A stretch of 64,000 bases of DNA from an uncultured Curvibacter sp. (GTDB lineage Bacteria > Pseudomonadota > Gammaproteobacteria > Burkholderiales > Burkholderiaceae_C): the NCBI GenBank assembly GCA_903828535.1, contig CAIKMN010000022.1:46854-110853 (forward strand), given 5' to 3'. The translations under genes were made by a program, and so were the position numbers. How positions within the stretch are numbered: the stretch's first letter is position 1; each line of letters opens with the position of its first letter. Shown here piece after piece: positions 19,433-29,413 of this stretch. The notes under the pieces are model-generated. The model was not told the origin of the DNA, searched no databases, and was given only the letters and a program-made list of their open reading frames with translations.

Positions 19433-21223
19433 TTAGAAGGCCTCCAATGAAAGTTCGGTCACCGATTCAGCGCCCTCGACAATGCTGTTGCGCTGTCCAG
19501 GAATGCGGGTCAAGAGGTGGTCGGCATAAAACCGAGCGGTGCTGATTTTGGCGTTCATAAAGGCCACATCGTTGCCCGCTTGGGCTTGCGCTTGCGCCAC
19601 CAACAAGGAGCGCGCCAATTGCCAGCCTGCCATCAGGTTGCCAGCGAGCATCAGGTAAGGCACCGAACCCGAGAACACCGCATTGGGCGAGGCCTTGGTG
19701 TTGCCAGCAACAAAATTCACCACATCCACAAAGGCTTCGCGAGCCGCTTGGAGTCGATGGGCCACAGCGACCGCATGCTCGCTGCCGTTGGCCAATAATT
19801 CGGCTTCGGTTCTTTCAATTTGAGCGGCGATCGCTTTGGCGGTTTGGCCGCCGTCGCGCGCGGTTTTGCGGCCCACCAAGTCGTTGGCTTGGATGGCGGT
19901 GGTGCCTTCGTAAATGGTCAAAATTTTCGCGTCGCGGTAATACTGCGCTGCGCCGGTTTCTTCAATGAAGCCCATGCCGCCGTGAACTTGCACCCCCAAG
20001 GAAGTGGCTTCCAAACTCATTTCGGTGCTGTAGCCCTTGATCAGAGGCACCATGAATTCATAGAAAGCGGCGTTTTGTTGGCGGGCCGTGGCATCGGGGT
20101 GCGCATGGGCGGCGTCGTAGGCGGCGGCGGCGACGGTCGCCATGGCGCGGCAACCTTCTGTCAAGCTGCGGATGGTCATCAGCATGCGGCGCACATCGGG
20201 GTGATGAATGATGGGCGCACTGGTGTTCATGCTGCCATCCACCGGACGGCTTTGCACGCGGTCTTTGGCGTATTGAACCGCGTGTTGGTAAGCGCGCTCG
20301 GCTATCGCGATGCCCTGAAGGCCAACAGCGTAGCGGGCCGCGTTCATCATGATGAACATGTATTCCAAGCCGCGGTTTTCTTCACCGACCAAGTAGCCCA
20401 CGGCACCGCCGTGGTCGCCGTACTGCAAGACCGCCGTGGGGCTGGCCTTGATGCCCATTTTGTGTTCGATGCTGACGCAGTGCACATCGTTGCGCGCCCC
20501 CAAGCTGCCATCGGCGTTCACTAAAAATTTAGGCACCACAAACAAACTGATGCCCTTGACGCCTTCGGGCGCCCCTTGAACGCGGGCCAACACCAAATGG
20601 ACGATGTTGTCGGCCATGTCGTGCTCACCATAGGTGATGTAAATTTTGGTGCCAAAGACCTTGTAGGTCCCGTCAGGTTGAGGCTCGGCGCGTGTCCGCA
20701 CCAAGGACAAGTCAGAGCCCGCTTGCGGCTCGGTCAGGTTCATGGTGCCGGTCCATTCACCAGAGACCAGCTTTTCGAGGTAAACCCCTTTCAAGTCGTC
20801 GCTGCCCGCTGTCAGCAAAGCTTCGGTGGCGCCGTCGGTCAACAAGGGGCACAAAGCAAAGCTCATGTTGGCCGAGTTGAGGATTTCGCAACAAGCGGCC
20901 CCGATGGTTTTGGGCAAGCCTTGACCGCCATAAGCCACGGGGTGTTGCAATGCTTGCCAGCCCCCTTCCACATATTGCTTGAAGGCCTCCTTGAAGCCGG
21001 GCGTGGTGGTGACCACCCCTTCTTTGAAGCTGGAGGGGTTTTGATCGCCCGCCCAATTCAAAGGGGCAATGACCGATTCGTTCAACTTGGCGCACTCTTC
21101 CAGCACCGCTTGGGCGGTGTCCAGACCGGCTTCTTCAAAGCCGGGCAATTGCGCCACTTGGTCGATTTGCGCCAAGTGCTGGATGTTGAACAACATGTCT
21201 TTGACGGGGGCGATGTAACTCAT
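19433..21223 (-). CDS. acyl-CoA dehydrogenase (long form with extra C-terminal domain)
   Basis: It has ACAD motifs (LTEPQAGSDL, IYEGTTAIQANDLVGRK) and is ~596 aa with a C-terminal extension. Confidence 0.88.
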   Translation of the reverse strand: MSYIAPVKDMLFNIQHLAQIDQVAQLPGFEEAGLDTAQAVLEECAKLNESVIAPLNWAGDQNPSSFKEGVVTTTPGFKEAFKQYVEGGWQALQHPVAYGGQGLPKTIGAACCEILNSANMSFALCPLLTDGATEALLTAGSDDLKGVYLEKLVSGEWTGTMNLTEPQAGSDLSLVRTRAEPQPDGTYKVFGTKIYITYGEHDMADNIVHLVLARVQGAPEGVKGISLFVVPKFLVNADGSLGARNDVHCVSIEHKMGIKASPTAVLQYGDHGGAVGYLVGEENRGLEYMFIMMNAARYAVGLQGIAIAERAYQHAVQYAKDRVQSRPVDGSMNTSAPIIHHPDVRRMLMTIRSLTEGCRAMATVAAAAYDAAHAHPDATARQQNAAFYEFMVPLIKGYSTEMSLEATSLGVQVHGGMGFIEETGAAQYYRDAKILTIYEGTTAIQANDLVGRKTARDGGQTAKAIAAQIERTEAELLANGSEHAVAVAHRLQAAREAFVDVVNFVAGNTKASPNAVFSGSVPYLMLAGNLMAGWQLARSLLVAQAQAQAGNDVAFMNAKISTARFYADHLLTRIPGQRNSIVEGAESVTELSLEAF

Positions 21224-21256
21224 GCGGGGCTCCGAAAAAAGGGGGGATGCGTCGCT

Positions 21257-22204
21257 TTAAAGACTGGCGACCAATTCAGGCACTGCCACAAACAAATCGG
21301 CTTCGAGGCCATAGTCGGCAACGCTGAAAATCGGTGCTTCCGGGTCTTTGTTGATGGCCACAATGACCTTGGAGTCTTTCATGCCGGCCAAGTGCTGAAT
21401 GGCACCCGAGATGCCGCAAGCAACATAGAGGCTCGGCGCCACAATTTTGCCGGTCTGGCCCACTTGCCAGTCGTTCGGGGCGTAGCCTGCATCCACGGCG
21501 GCACGGCTGGCACCCATGGCGGCCCCCAGCTTGTCGGCCAAGGGGGTGATGACTTCGGTGAACTTTTCGCTGCTGCCCAAGGCACGGCCACCCGAGACGA
21601 TGATCTTCGCGGCCGTCAATTCGGGGCGGTCGTTTTTGGCAATCTCACTGCGCACAAAAGCGCTCTTTCCAGCATCGGCAACGGCGGCCACAGACGTCAC
21701 AGTGGCGCTACCGCCCGAGGCGGCAGCGGGGTCGAAACCGGTGGTGCGAACGGTGATGACTTTCACCGCATCGGCGCTTTGCACGGTGGCGATGGCGTTG
21801 CCTGCATAAATGGGGCGCTCAAAGGTGTCGGCAGAAACGACTTTGGTGATGTCGCTGATTTGGGCCACGTCCAATTTAGCGGCGACGCGGGGCGAAGCGT
21901 TTTTGCCAGAGGCTGTGGCAGGGAACAAGATGTGGCTGTAGCCGCCGGAGGCCGCTAAACCCAGCACTTGGGCGGACACGGCTTCCGCCAAACCATGGGC
22001 GAGTGATTCACCTTCGGCGTGCAGCACCTGGGCCACGCCGGCCACTTGGGAAGCGGCATGGGCCGCACCAGCGGCATTCAAGCCGGCCACCAAAACGTGC
22101 ACTTCACCGCCCAATTGAGCAGCGGCGCTGATGGTGTTCAGGGTGGCGCCTTTGAGGCTGGCGTTGTCGTGTTCAGCCACGACCAAAGATTTGATGTTGG
22201 ACAT
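21257..22204 (-). CDS. etfA: electron transfer flavoprotein subunit alpha
   Basis: It has the EtfA FAD-binding C-terminus (LYVACGISGAIQHLAGM, INKDPEAPIF). Confidence 0.95.
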   Translation of the reverse strand: MSNIKSLVVAEHDNASLKGATLNTISAAAQLGGEVHVLVAGLNAAGAAHAASQVAGVAQVLHAEGESLAHGLAEAVSAQVLGLAASGGYSHILFPATASGKNASPRVAAKLDVAQISDITKVVSADTFERPIYAGNAIATVQSADAVKVITVRTTGFDPAAASGGSATVTSVAAVADAGKSAFVRSEIAKNDRPELTAAKIIVSGGRALGSSEKFTEVITPLADKLGAAMGASRAAVDAGYAPNDWQVGQTGKIVAPSLYVACGISGAIQHLAGMKDSKVIVAINKDPEAPIFSVADYGLEADLFVAVPELVASL

Positions 22205-22216
22205 GATTCAAGCTCC

Positions 22217-22966
22217 TCAGATGACTTTGGCTTCGTTCTTCAACTTGTCGACCAGGGTGGCCACATCGGGCACCTTGATACCGGCGCCGCGCTTGGGCGG
22301 TTCGCTCACGCTCAGGGTCTTTAAACGGGGCGTGACGTCAACCCCCAAGTCCTCGGGCTTGACGACTTCCAAAGGCTTTTTCTTGGCCTTCATGATGTTG
22401 GGCAAGGTGACGTAGCGGGGCTCGTTCAAACGCAGGTCGGTGGTGACCACGGCGGGCAGGCTCAGGCTCAGCACTTCAAGACCGCCGTCGATTTCACGCG
22501 TCACGTTGACCTTGTCGCCCACCACTTCAACTTGGCTGGCGAAGGTGGCTTGGGGCAAGTCGGCCAAGGCAGCCAACATTTGACCGGTTTGGTTGGCGTC
22601 GTCGTCAATGGCTTGTTTGCCCAAAATGATCAGTCCCGGTTGCTCTTTGTCGACCAAGGCCTTTAACAACTTGGCGACCGCCAAGGGTTGCAACTCCACA
22701 TCGGTTTCGACCAGCACCGCACGGTCGGCGCCAATGGCCATGGCGGTACGCAAGGTTTCTTGGCACTGCGCGACGCCGCAGGAAACGGCAATCACCTCTG
22801 TCACCACGCCCTTTTCCTTGAGACGAACGGCTTCTTCGACGGCGATTTCGTCAAAGGGGTTCATGCTCATTTTGACGTTGGCGATGTCGACACCGGTTTG
22901 ATCCGATTTGACACGGACCTTGACGTTGTAGTCCACCACACGTTTAACAGGGACCAAGACCTTCAT
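22217..22966 (-). CDS. etfB: electron transfer flavoprotein subunit beta
   Basis: It begins [19 protein letters not shown] and has the [11 protein letters not shown] motif. ATG 22966 is preceded by a GGAG SD. Confidence 0.95.
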   Translation of the reverse strand: MKVLVPVKRVVDYNVKVRVKSDQTGVDIANVKMSMNPFDEIAVEEAVRLKEKGVVTEVIAVSCGVAQCQETLRTAMAIGADRAVLVETDVELQPLAVAKLLKALVDKEQPGLIILGKQAIDDDANQTGQMLAALADLPQATFASQVEVVGDKVNVTREIDGGLEVLSLSLPAVVTTDLRLNEPRYVTLPNIMKAKKKPLEVVKPEDLGVDVTPRLKTLSVSEPPKRGAGIKVPDVATLVDKLKNEAKVI

Positions 22967-22999
22967 TTGGAGCTCCAAGGGTTGATGTAGCAAAAAATT

Positions 23000-23021
23000 T
23001 AATTGACGTGCACGTCAATTA
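23000..23021. promoter_or_regulatory. perfect 22-bp palindrome TAATTGACGTGCACGTCAATTA upstream of etfB
   Basis: Read directly from the sequence. It is centred ~45 bp upstream of the etfB ATG. A TACAAT -10-like hexamer (minus strand, 23024-23029) abuts it. Confidence 0.5.
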
Positions 23022-23060
23022 TTATTGTAAACATGAAAAATAGAACGATCGTGCTTTTAT

Positions 23061-24422
23061 TTAAAATAAAGTTGAATTTGAGTCACTGGCGGGCGTCGTT
23101 TTCACTGGGTTTTTAAGTGCCTTGGTTGCGCTGGTTTTGGCACTGACGGCGATTGAAGGTCCGGGGGGCACCCCGCCCGCCAACACCACTTTGTATTGAG
23201 GCTCGGGCAGCACAATGCCGGCCGCGCGCAGTCGGCTCAGAATTTCGAAATTCACGGCCGAGACCAGGTTGTCCTTGCCGTTGGCAGGATCGGCGATCCA
23301 AAAGTTCAAGGTCATCTGTAAGCCACCGGCCTGGAAGCCCGACAAATAGGTGATGGGCTCGGGCGTGCGCAAAACGCGATCTTGAGTCAAAGACGCTTGT
23401 TTCAGCAATTCACAAAGCGAGGCAACGTCGACGTCTTGAGGCACCACCACGGACGTGGTCAAGGGGTAGTTTTGATCGAATTTGGTCAGGTTCTCGACCT
23501 TTTGTGAAATCAGGCTCTCGTTGGGCACCAAGTACTCTTTGCCGTTGACCAAATTGATCAGGGTGTAGCGGGTTTTGATGTCGGCCACACGGCCTTCAAC
23601 GCCGTCGACTTTGACCGTGTCGCCAATGTGGACGGAGCCCTCTAAAAGAATGACAAAACCACTGACGTAGTTAGCGGCCAGCTTTTGCATGCCCAAGCCC
23701 ACCCCCACGCCAAGCCCCCCGCCCAAGACCGCCAGTGTGCTGATGTCGACGCCAAAAATCGACAAGCAGGCGATGACGCCCGTTCCCAAACAGGCCGTTG
23801 AAGACAGGTTCACGCAGATGCGCCGTATCGACAAATCTGTCACATACCGGTTGATGACTTGGTATTCCAAAAACCGGGCAAAGCCCAGCGCAAAAGTCAT
23901 CACCACCATCGAAGAAAAGAGGTCTTCGAGGACTGCGCCTAGGTTGAGGGTGGTGCGGCCCATTTTGAACGTGACCCGGTCCAAGGCAGCTTGGATAAAA
24001 GGGATCACACCAAAGGCCCAAAAAATCGAAACCACCCACAACAAGGCGGTCAAGATGCGCTGCCCACGGGGTGTAAATGAAGAGCGCTTGAAGACCAAGA
24101 CCTGGGCAATCAAAATCACCCGGAGCAAGGCCAGGCAACCAAACAACTCCGTCATCACATGCTGTATGGGCAGCTCATGCTCGGCGTAAAACAGGTGCTT
24201 GAGCAGCACCAACAAGAACCAAGACGTGGCTGGGAACAACACACCGCTGACTTCAGACTGGCCCACAAAAGGCGTGTCTGATTTGGGACTCAGAAAGCGT
24301 TTTGTAAACCAACGGGCCAAGCCATAGGCCAGCCCGACCACCACCACCACGGCCAACAAATCAAGCCAAGCATAGGCACTTCGAAACTCTGTCACCAAAC
24401 TGTCCAACAACGACCACATCAT
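23061..24422 (-). CDS. mechanosensitive ion channel family protein (MscS-like)
   Basis: It has multiple N-terminal TM segments and an MscS core (NYVSGFVILLEGSVHIGDTVKVDGVEGRV). ATG 24422 with an AGGA SD is preferred over TTG 24440. Confidence 0.82.
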   Translation of the reverse strand: MMWSLLDSLVTEFRSAYAWLDLLAVVVVVGLAYGLARWFTKRFLSPKSDTPFVGQSEVSGVLFPATSWFLLVLLKHLFYAEHELPIQHVMTELFGCLALLRVILIAQVLVFKRSSFTPRGQRILTALLWVVSIFWAFGVIPFIQAALDRVTFKMGRTTLNLGAVLEDLFSSMVVMTFALGFARFLEYQVINRYVTDLSIRRICVNLSSTACLGTGVIACLSIFGVDISTLAVLGGGLGVGVGLGMQKLAANYVSGFVILLEGSVHIGDTVKVDGVEGRVADIKTRYTLINLVNGKEYLVPNESLISQKVENLTKFDQNYPLTTSVVVPQDVDVASLCELLKQASLTQDRVLRTPEPITYLSGFQAGGLQMTLNFWIADPANGKDNLVSAVNFEILSRLRAAGIVLPEPQYKVVLAGGVPPGPSIAVSAKTSATKALKNPVKTTPASDSNSTLF

Positions 24423-24433
24423 TTTTCCTGACT

Positions 24434-25276
24434 TCACCAAACAGGTGTTCTTTTTTCGACAAATGCCAAAGCCCCTTCTTGAGCCACGGCGTGCGCCATG
24501 TTCACGGCCATGGTCTGAGCCGCCAATTGGTAGGACGCCTCCCAGCCTAAATCACGCTGCTGGTAGACCAAGGCCTTGCCCATGGCCAGCGCCTCTTTGG
24601 GTTGCTTCAACAAACTTTGAAGCAAAGACTCCACTTCGGCGTCTAGGTTGTCGGGCGCCGCGATCCGGTTCAGCAAACCTTGCGCCAAAGCGGTTTCAGC
24701 GCTGATGAACTCGCCCGTCAAGAGCATTTCCATCGCGCGTTTGGCGGGCACATTGAGCAACAAAGGAACACTCGGCGTGGCACAAAACAAACCATAGCGA
24801 ATGCCGCTGGTGGCAAAGGTGGCGGCGTGGCTGGCCACAGCCAAATCCGCTTGCGCCACCAACTGACAGCCTGCCGCCGTGGCCAGGCCTTGCACCTTGG
24901 CGACCACTGGCACCGGCAATTTCAGCAACGACATCATGAATCGACTGCACTGCTGAAACAGCGGTAAATAATGTTCGGGACTGGGCGCTTGGGCGCTCGA
25001 CGCCAATGCGGCCATGGCCTTCAAATCATGGCCCGCACAAAAAGCCTTGCCCTCGGCAGCGATGACCAGCACGCGCAGACCCGGGTCACGGGCAGCTTGG
25101 TCGACGGCCGCCTGCAAGTCGGTGAGCATTTCTGTGCTCAACACGTTAAAACGCGTTGGGTCATTCAAGGTCAAGGTCAGCACCCCCCGCCCGTCTTGCT
25201 GAACCTTCAAACGCGGCAAGGCTTGGCCCGGCTCGGGGTTGGTTATGGCGACAATGGCCGGGTGTTGCTCAGACAT
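24434..25276 (-). CDS. enoyl-CoA hydratase/isomerase (crotonase) family protein
   Basis: It has crotonase motifs (GKAFCAGHDLK, VAKVQGLATAAGCQL). The start is trimmed to ATG 25276. Confidence 0.85.
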   Translation of the reverse strand: MSEQHPAIVAITNPEPGQALPRLKVQQDGRGVLTLTLNDPTRFNVLSTEMLTDLQAAVDQAARDPGLRVLVIAAEGKAFCAGHDLKAMAALASSAQAPSPEHYLPLFQQCSRFMMSLLKLPVPVVAKVQGLATAAGCQLVAQADLAVASHAATFATSGIRYGLFCATPSVPLLLNVPAKRAMEMLLTGEFISAETALAQGLLNRIAAPDNLDAEVESLLQSLLKQPKEALAMGKALVYQQRDLGWEASYQLAAQTMAVNMAHAVAQEGALAFVEKRTPVW

Positions 25277-26234
25277 CTGCCAACACCCGAACATGGGCCT
25301 CCACACTGCGGGCCAGTGCATCCAAGGCGTAGCCGCCTTCCAAGCAGGAAACGAGGCGGCCCTTGGCGTGTCGGTGCGCCGCGTCTTTGATGCGGCTGGT
25401 GATCCAGGCGAAATCTTGATCGTTCATATTGAGTTGCCCCATATCGTCTTCGCGGTGGCCGTCAAAACCAGCGCTGATGAACACCATTTCCGGCTTGAAA
25501 GCGTCAATTCGGGGCATCCAAACATCGTCGACCAACTCCCGCAGCGCCATGCCTTTGGTATAGGCAGGAACAGGCAAGTTGAGCATGTTGTCCGCCGTTG
25601 GGTGGCCCTCGGTGCCTGTGCCCGAATAAGGATAGAAAGGGTGCTGGAAAAAGCCCACCATCAAGACCCGAGGGTCACCGCTCAAAATATCTTCGGTGCC
25701 ATTGCCGTGGTGAACATCAAAGTCCACCACCAAGACGCGCTTCATCTGGTGCCGGTCCAAAGCGTGTTTGACGGCCACGGCCACGTTGTTGAAAAAGCAA
25801 AATCCCATGGCTTTGTTGTGCTCAGCGTGATGCCCAGGTGGGCGCACCGCACAAAATGCGTTTTCAAGGTCACCTGCGATAACGGCATCGGTCGCGGCGA
25901 TCGAGGCACCGGCAGACCTCAAGGCCGCTTGCCAAGTGTGGGTGTTCATGGCCGTGTCGCCATCGATATGAACCAACTCGGGGCCACCGGCTTGCTGATC
26001 ATCGACCAATTGGTCGGTCATGCCGCGCAAAGAGGCAATGTAAAAACGATCATGAGCCAACTCCAAATCAGAGATGGCGGCCAAAGGCGCCTCACGTCGG
26101 TCGACCACATCCGCCACCCCTGTCACCAGTAAACGGTCTTCAATCGCGTCAAGACGCGCCGGGCACTCTGGGTGGTAAGCGCCCATTTGATGCTTCCAAC
26201 AATCTTTGTGTGTGTAGTAACCTGTTTTGCTCAA
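25269..26234 (-). CDS. histone deacetylase-family (class II-like) deacetylase
   Basis: It has the HDAC/AcuC motifs RPPGHHAE, VDFDVHHGNGT and EGGY. Confidence 0.88.
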   Translation of the reverse strand: MSKTGYYTHKDCWKHQMGAYHPECPARLDAIEDRLLVTGVADVVDRREAPLAAISDLELAHDRFYIASLRGMTDQLVDDQQAGGPELVHIDGDTAMNTHTWQAALRSAGASIAATDAVIAGDLENAFCAVRPPGHHAEHNKAMGFCFFNNVAVAVKHALDRHQMKRVLVVDFDVHHGNGTEDILSGDPRVLMVGFFQHPFYPYSGTGTEGHPTADNMLNLPVPAYTKGMALRELVDDVWMPRIDAFKPEMVFISAGFDGHREDDMGQLNMNDQDFAWITSRIKDAAHRHAKGRLVSCLEGGYALDALARSVEAHVRVLADV

Positions 26235-26312
26235 GGCAGCACCTCGGTATGTCTCATTTTTTGACTCAGCTTACCATGGGGTTCTGAATGAAACCCGACA
26301 TTTTTCGACCCC

Positions 26313-27545
26313 ATGGCCAACGTCATCTTCCGCTCCTCCCCATTGACTAAACCAGGGCCTGAACCTCGGCTCAAAACCCCAGGCCCAGTTCTGTCCCTTT
26401 CGACGTGCTACCCAGCGCCGTGCCGCTTCAATTTCCACTTTGGCTTTGCCTTTGCCTTTGCCCTCGCTTTTCCCTTCGCGCTGGCGCTTGCCTTTGCTTT
26501 ATGCGCCGGCTTGCTTTTGCTGCCTTCGCAGGCCAGGGCAGAAGTGCAAAACGGGGCGCCCACCTACGCCCAGCACCCAGAGGCATTGGCCTTTGTTGCC
26601 CAACTTGCGGAGCGCGAACAACTGAGCGCAGCGCAATCCGCCAAGCTACTTGAAACCTTGGGTCAAGCGCATTTTTTGAAGCGTGTGCCCCCCTTGATGC
26701 TGCCCGCCCCCAGCGGCACCGCAAAAAATTGGGCCTTGTACCGAAGTCGATTCATTGAGCCCAAGCGAATTCAGGCCGGCGTCAAGTTTTGGCGACAAAA
26801 CCAGGCCACCCTGAACCGGGCCCAAGCCCGTTACGGCGTCCCACCTGAAATCGTGGTGGGCATCTTGGGCGTCGAAACGCTTTACGGCGAACAGATGGGC
26901 CGCTTTCGGGTGCTGGACGCCTTGGCCACCCTGGCCTTTGACTTTCCGGCCGAGCACCCCAGAGCCGCTGAGCGACAGGCCTATTTTCAAAAAGAACTGG
27001 CGCAATTTTTGTTGCACCAAATGCCCGCACAACGGCTGGGCAGTTACGCAGGGGCCACGGGCTTGCCCCAGTTCATGCCCAGCAGCATTGTGCAATGGGC
27101 GGTGGATTTTGATGGAGACGGGCGCCTCGATTTAGACGATGTTAAAAAGCCCGCTGACGCCATTGGCTCGGTCGCCCACTACTTTCAAGCCTTTGGTTGG
27201 AAAGCGGGCCAGCCCACCCACTGGGCGGTGCAAATTGACAAGGACCGATGGCAACAACCCGAGAACGAAGACAAAGCCACTTTGCTGGCCCCCGACATCC
27301 TGCCCAGTTTCAGCGCCGAACAAATGGCCAGTCACGGCGTTAACGTGAAACGGCCGCAGACCAGTGACCCGAAAGACCGCTTGGCCTTGGTGGAATTGCA
27401 AAACGGGTCAGACGAACCCAGTTACGTCGTCGGCACCGAGAACTTTTACGTCATCACCCGCTACAACTGGTCCAGCTACTACGCCATGGCCGTGATTGAG
27501 TTGGGCGAAGCGGTGGCGAAGGCCAAGCTCAAAAAAGCCCCTTGA
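26313..27545 (+). CDS. mltB: lytic murein transglycosylase B family
   Basis: It has the MltB-type core ([31 protein letters not shown]). The N-terminal ~80 aa are atypical, so the start is uncertain. Confidence 0.82.
   Translation: MANVIFRSSPLTKPGPEPRLKTPGPVLSLSTCYPAPCRFNFHFGFAFAFALAFPFALALAFALCAGLLLLPSQARAEVQNGAPTYAQHPEALAFVAQLAEREQLSAAQSAKLLETLGQAHFLKRVPPLMLPAPSGTAKNWALYRSRFIEPKRIQAGVKFWRQNQATLNRAQARYGVPPEIVVGILGVETLYGEQMGRFRVLDALATLAFDFPAEHPRAAERQAYFQKELAQFLLHQMPAQRLGSYAGATGLPQFMPSSIVQWAVDFDGDGRLDLDDVKKPADAIGSVAHYFQAFGWKAGQPTHWAVQIDKDRWQQPENEDKATLLAPDILPSFSAEQMASHGVNVKRPQTSDPKDRLALVELQNGSDEPSYVVGTENFYVITRYNWSSYYAMAVIELGEAVAKAKLKKAP
26445..26462 (+). repeat. TTTGCC x3 hexanucleotide repeat inside the mltB 5-prime region
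   Basis: Read directly from the sequence. It encodes the FAFAFA part of an unusually long hydrophobic N-terminus. Confidence 0.6.
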
Positions 27546-29202
27546 TCCGGCCGGCCTCATCGACATCGATGCCGTTCGCCGCGGGCACTTTGGGCAATCC
27601 GGGCATGGTCATGATGTCGCCACACACGACCACAATGAACTCAGCGCCTGCCGCCAGCCTGACCTCGCGGATGGTCAGCGTGTGCCCGGTGGGCGCGCCT
27701 CGCAAGGCAGCGTCGCCCGAAAAAGAAGATTGTGTTTTGGCGATGCAAACGGGGTAGTGGCCATAGCCGGCTTTTTCGAACTGACTGAGTTTTTCTAAAA
27801 CCGCTCGGTCTGCTTGAACTTGGCTGGCACCGTAAACCTGGGTGGCAATCGCTTTGACCTTGTCGAGCAAAGGCAAGTGATCTTCATAGACAAATTTGAA
27901 GTGGTTTTCACTTTCACTCAGCTTGACCACCGCTTGCGCCAAGGCTTCGGCCCCGGCACCCCCTTGGGCCCAATGTTGGGCCAGCACCACTTCCACACCA
28001 AATTTTTCAGCGGCTGCTTTCAACAAGTCCACTTCGGCTTGGGTGTCTTCAGTGCGGTGGTTGATGGCCACCACGCAAGGCAGGCCATATTGGATTTTGA
28101 TGTTGGCGAGGTGCTTTTCTAAGTTGGACAGCCCTATCTTTAGGGCCTCTAAATTTTCAGTGCCCAACTGTTTAACGTCCACACCGCCGTGGTATTTCAG
28201 GGCACGGATGGTCGCCACCAAGACCACAGCATCGGGCTTTAGCCCCGTTTTTCGGCACTTGATGTCAATGAACTTTTCGGCGCCCAGATCAGCGCCAAAA
28301 CCAGCTTCAGTGACCACGTAGTCGGCCAATTTGAGCGCGCTTTGAGTGGCCACCACCGAATTGCAGCCGTGAGCGATGTTGGCAAACGGTCCACCGTGGA
28401 CGAAGGCGATGTTCCCCTCCATCGTTTGCACCAAATTCGGGGCCAATGCCTCTTTTAAAAGCGCCGCCATGGCCCCCTGCGCCTTTAGATCGGAGGCCAA
28501 AACGGGCTTCATGTCGAAGTTGTAGCCCACCACGATCCGGCCCAAACGGGTTTTCAAGTCTTGCAAATCGGTGGCCAAACAAAAGATGGCCATCACCTCA
28601 GAAGCCACCACAATGTCAAACCCGTCTTCGCGCACAAATCCATTGGCCGGACCGCCCTGTCCGAGGGTGATTTTGCGCAGCGAGCGGTCGTTCATGTCCA
28701 TCACGCGCTTCCAACTGATGCGCCTTGAATCCAATTGCAGTTCATTGCCGTGGTGAAGGTGGTTATCAATCAGGGCCGAGAGCAGGTTGTGCGCAGCAGC
28801 AATGGCGTGAAAATCGCCGGTGAAGTGCAGGTTGATGTCTTCCATGGGAATGACCTGGGCCATGCCGCCACCGGTAGCGCCCCCCTTCATGCCGAAAACG
28901 GGTCCCAATGAAGGCTCTCTAAGGCAGATCAGCGTTGGCTTGCCAATCCGGTTCAGCGCGTCGCCCAAACCCACGGTGGTGGTGGTCTTGCCCTCCCCAG
29001 CGGGGGTTGGGGAAATGGCCGTCACCAGAATGAGTTTTCCGTTCGGCTTGTCCTGGAGTGTCTTGATGAAATCAAGGCTCAATTTGGATTTGTAATGACC
29101 ATAAGGAATGAGCTCATCCGCTGAAATGCCCATTTTTTTTTGCACCAAAGGAATGAGGGGCTGGATGGGGGCTGCTTGCGCAATCTCAATATCGCTTTTC
29201 AT
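27529..29202 (-). CDS. fhs: formate--tetrahydrofolate ligase
   Basis: It begins MKSDIEIAQ and has the P-loop [14 protein letters not shown]. The start is placed at ATG 29202. Confidence 0.95.
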   Translation of the reverse strand: MKSDIEIAQAAPIQPLIPLVQKKMGISADELIPYGHYKSKLSLDFIKTLQDKPNGKLILVTAISPTPAGEGKTTTTVGLGDALNRIGKPTLICLREPSLGPVFGMKGGATGGGMAQVIPMEDINLHFTGDFHAIAAAHNLLSALIDNHLHHGNELQLDSRRISWKRVMDMNDRSLRKITLGQGGPANGFVREDGFDIVVASEVMAIFCLATDLQDLKTRLGRIVVGYNFDMKPVLASDLKAQGAMAALLKEALAPNLVQTMEGNIAFVHGGPFANIAHGCNSVVATQSALKLADYVVTEAGFGADLGAEKFIDIKCRKTGLKPDAVVLVATIRALKYHGGVDVKQLGTENLEALKIGLSNLEKHLANIKIQYGLPCVVAINHRTEDTQAEVDLLKAAAEKFGVEVVLAQHWAQGGAGAEALAQAVVKLSESENHFKFVYEDHLPLLDKVKAIATQVYGASQVQADRAVLEKLSQFEKAGYGHYPVCIAKTQSSFSGDAALRGAPTGHTLTIREVRLAAGAEFIVVVCGDIMTMPGLPKVPAANGIDVDEAGRIKGLF

Positions 29203-29238
29203 ATATGAATATATCAATGATGGGTCATGGAGTCAGGG

Positions 29239-29271
29239 GGTCAGTGAAGGTTCAGTGAAAGTTCAGTTTGA
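29239..29271. repeat. three tandem 11-bp direct repeats (GGTCAGTGAAG / GTTCAGTGAAA / GTTCAGTTTGA)
   Basis: Read directly from the sequence. They lie 37-69 bp upstream of the fhs ATG in the fhs/aminotransferase divergent gap. Confidence 0.5.
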
Positions 29272-29413
29272 GCCCCTTTGGAGCAACTGGCTTCTAATGT
29301 AAACAAGTTTATTCATAAAAACAGCGCTTTGGCGGAGGGGGAACTCCCTAGGAAAACCCATCACAGCGCCGTTGCTTTCTTGCTTAGAATCGAATTCGCT
29401 TTAAGGAAATCAA

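Noticed and set aside
20576-21958. A 460-aa plus-strand ORF spans the acyl-CoA dehydrogenase/etfA region.
   Set aside because: It is antisense to two confidently identified genes. Its composition is Gly/Arg/Ala/Val-rich with no recognisable motif, which is typical of shadow ORFs in GC-rich DNA.
29133-29141. A T9 run (A9 on the coding strand, ...VQKKMG...) lies inside fhs and could be a slippage or frameshift site.
   Set aside because: The reading frame is intact across it and it simply encodes Lys-Lys. There is no alternative downstream frame of interest.
29203-29413. A riboswitch (ZTP/pfl or THF type) might be present in the fhs leader.
   Set aside because: I read the minus-strand leader for the conserved ZTP 3-prime element (CCGCCUGGGC-like) and pseudoknot partners. 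I found only a bare CCGCC with the wrong context and no convincing fold. A covariance-model scan would be needed to exclude it fully.
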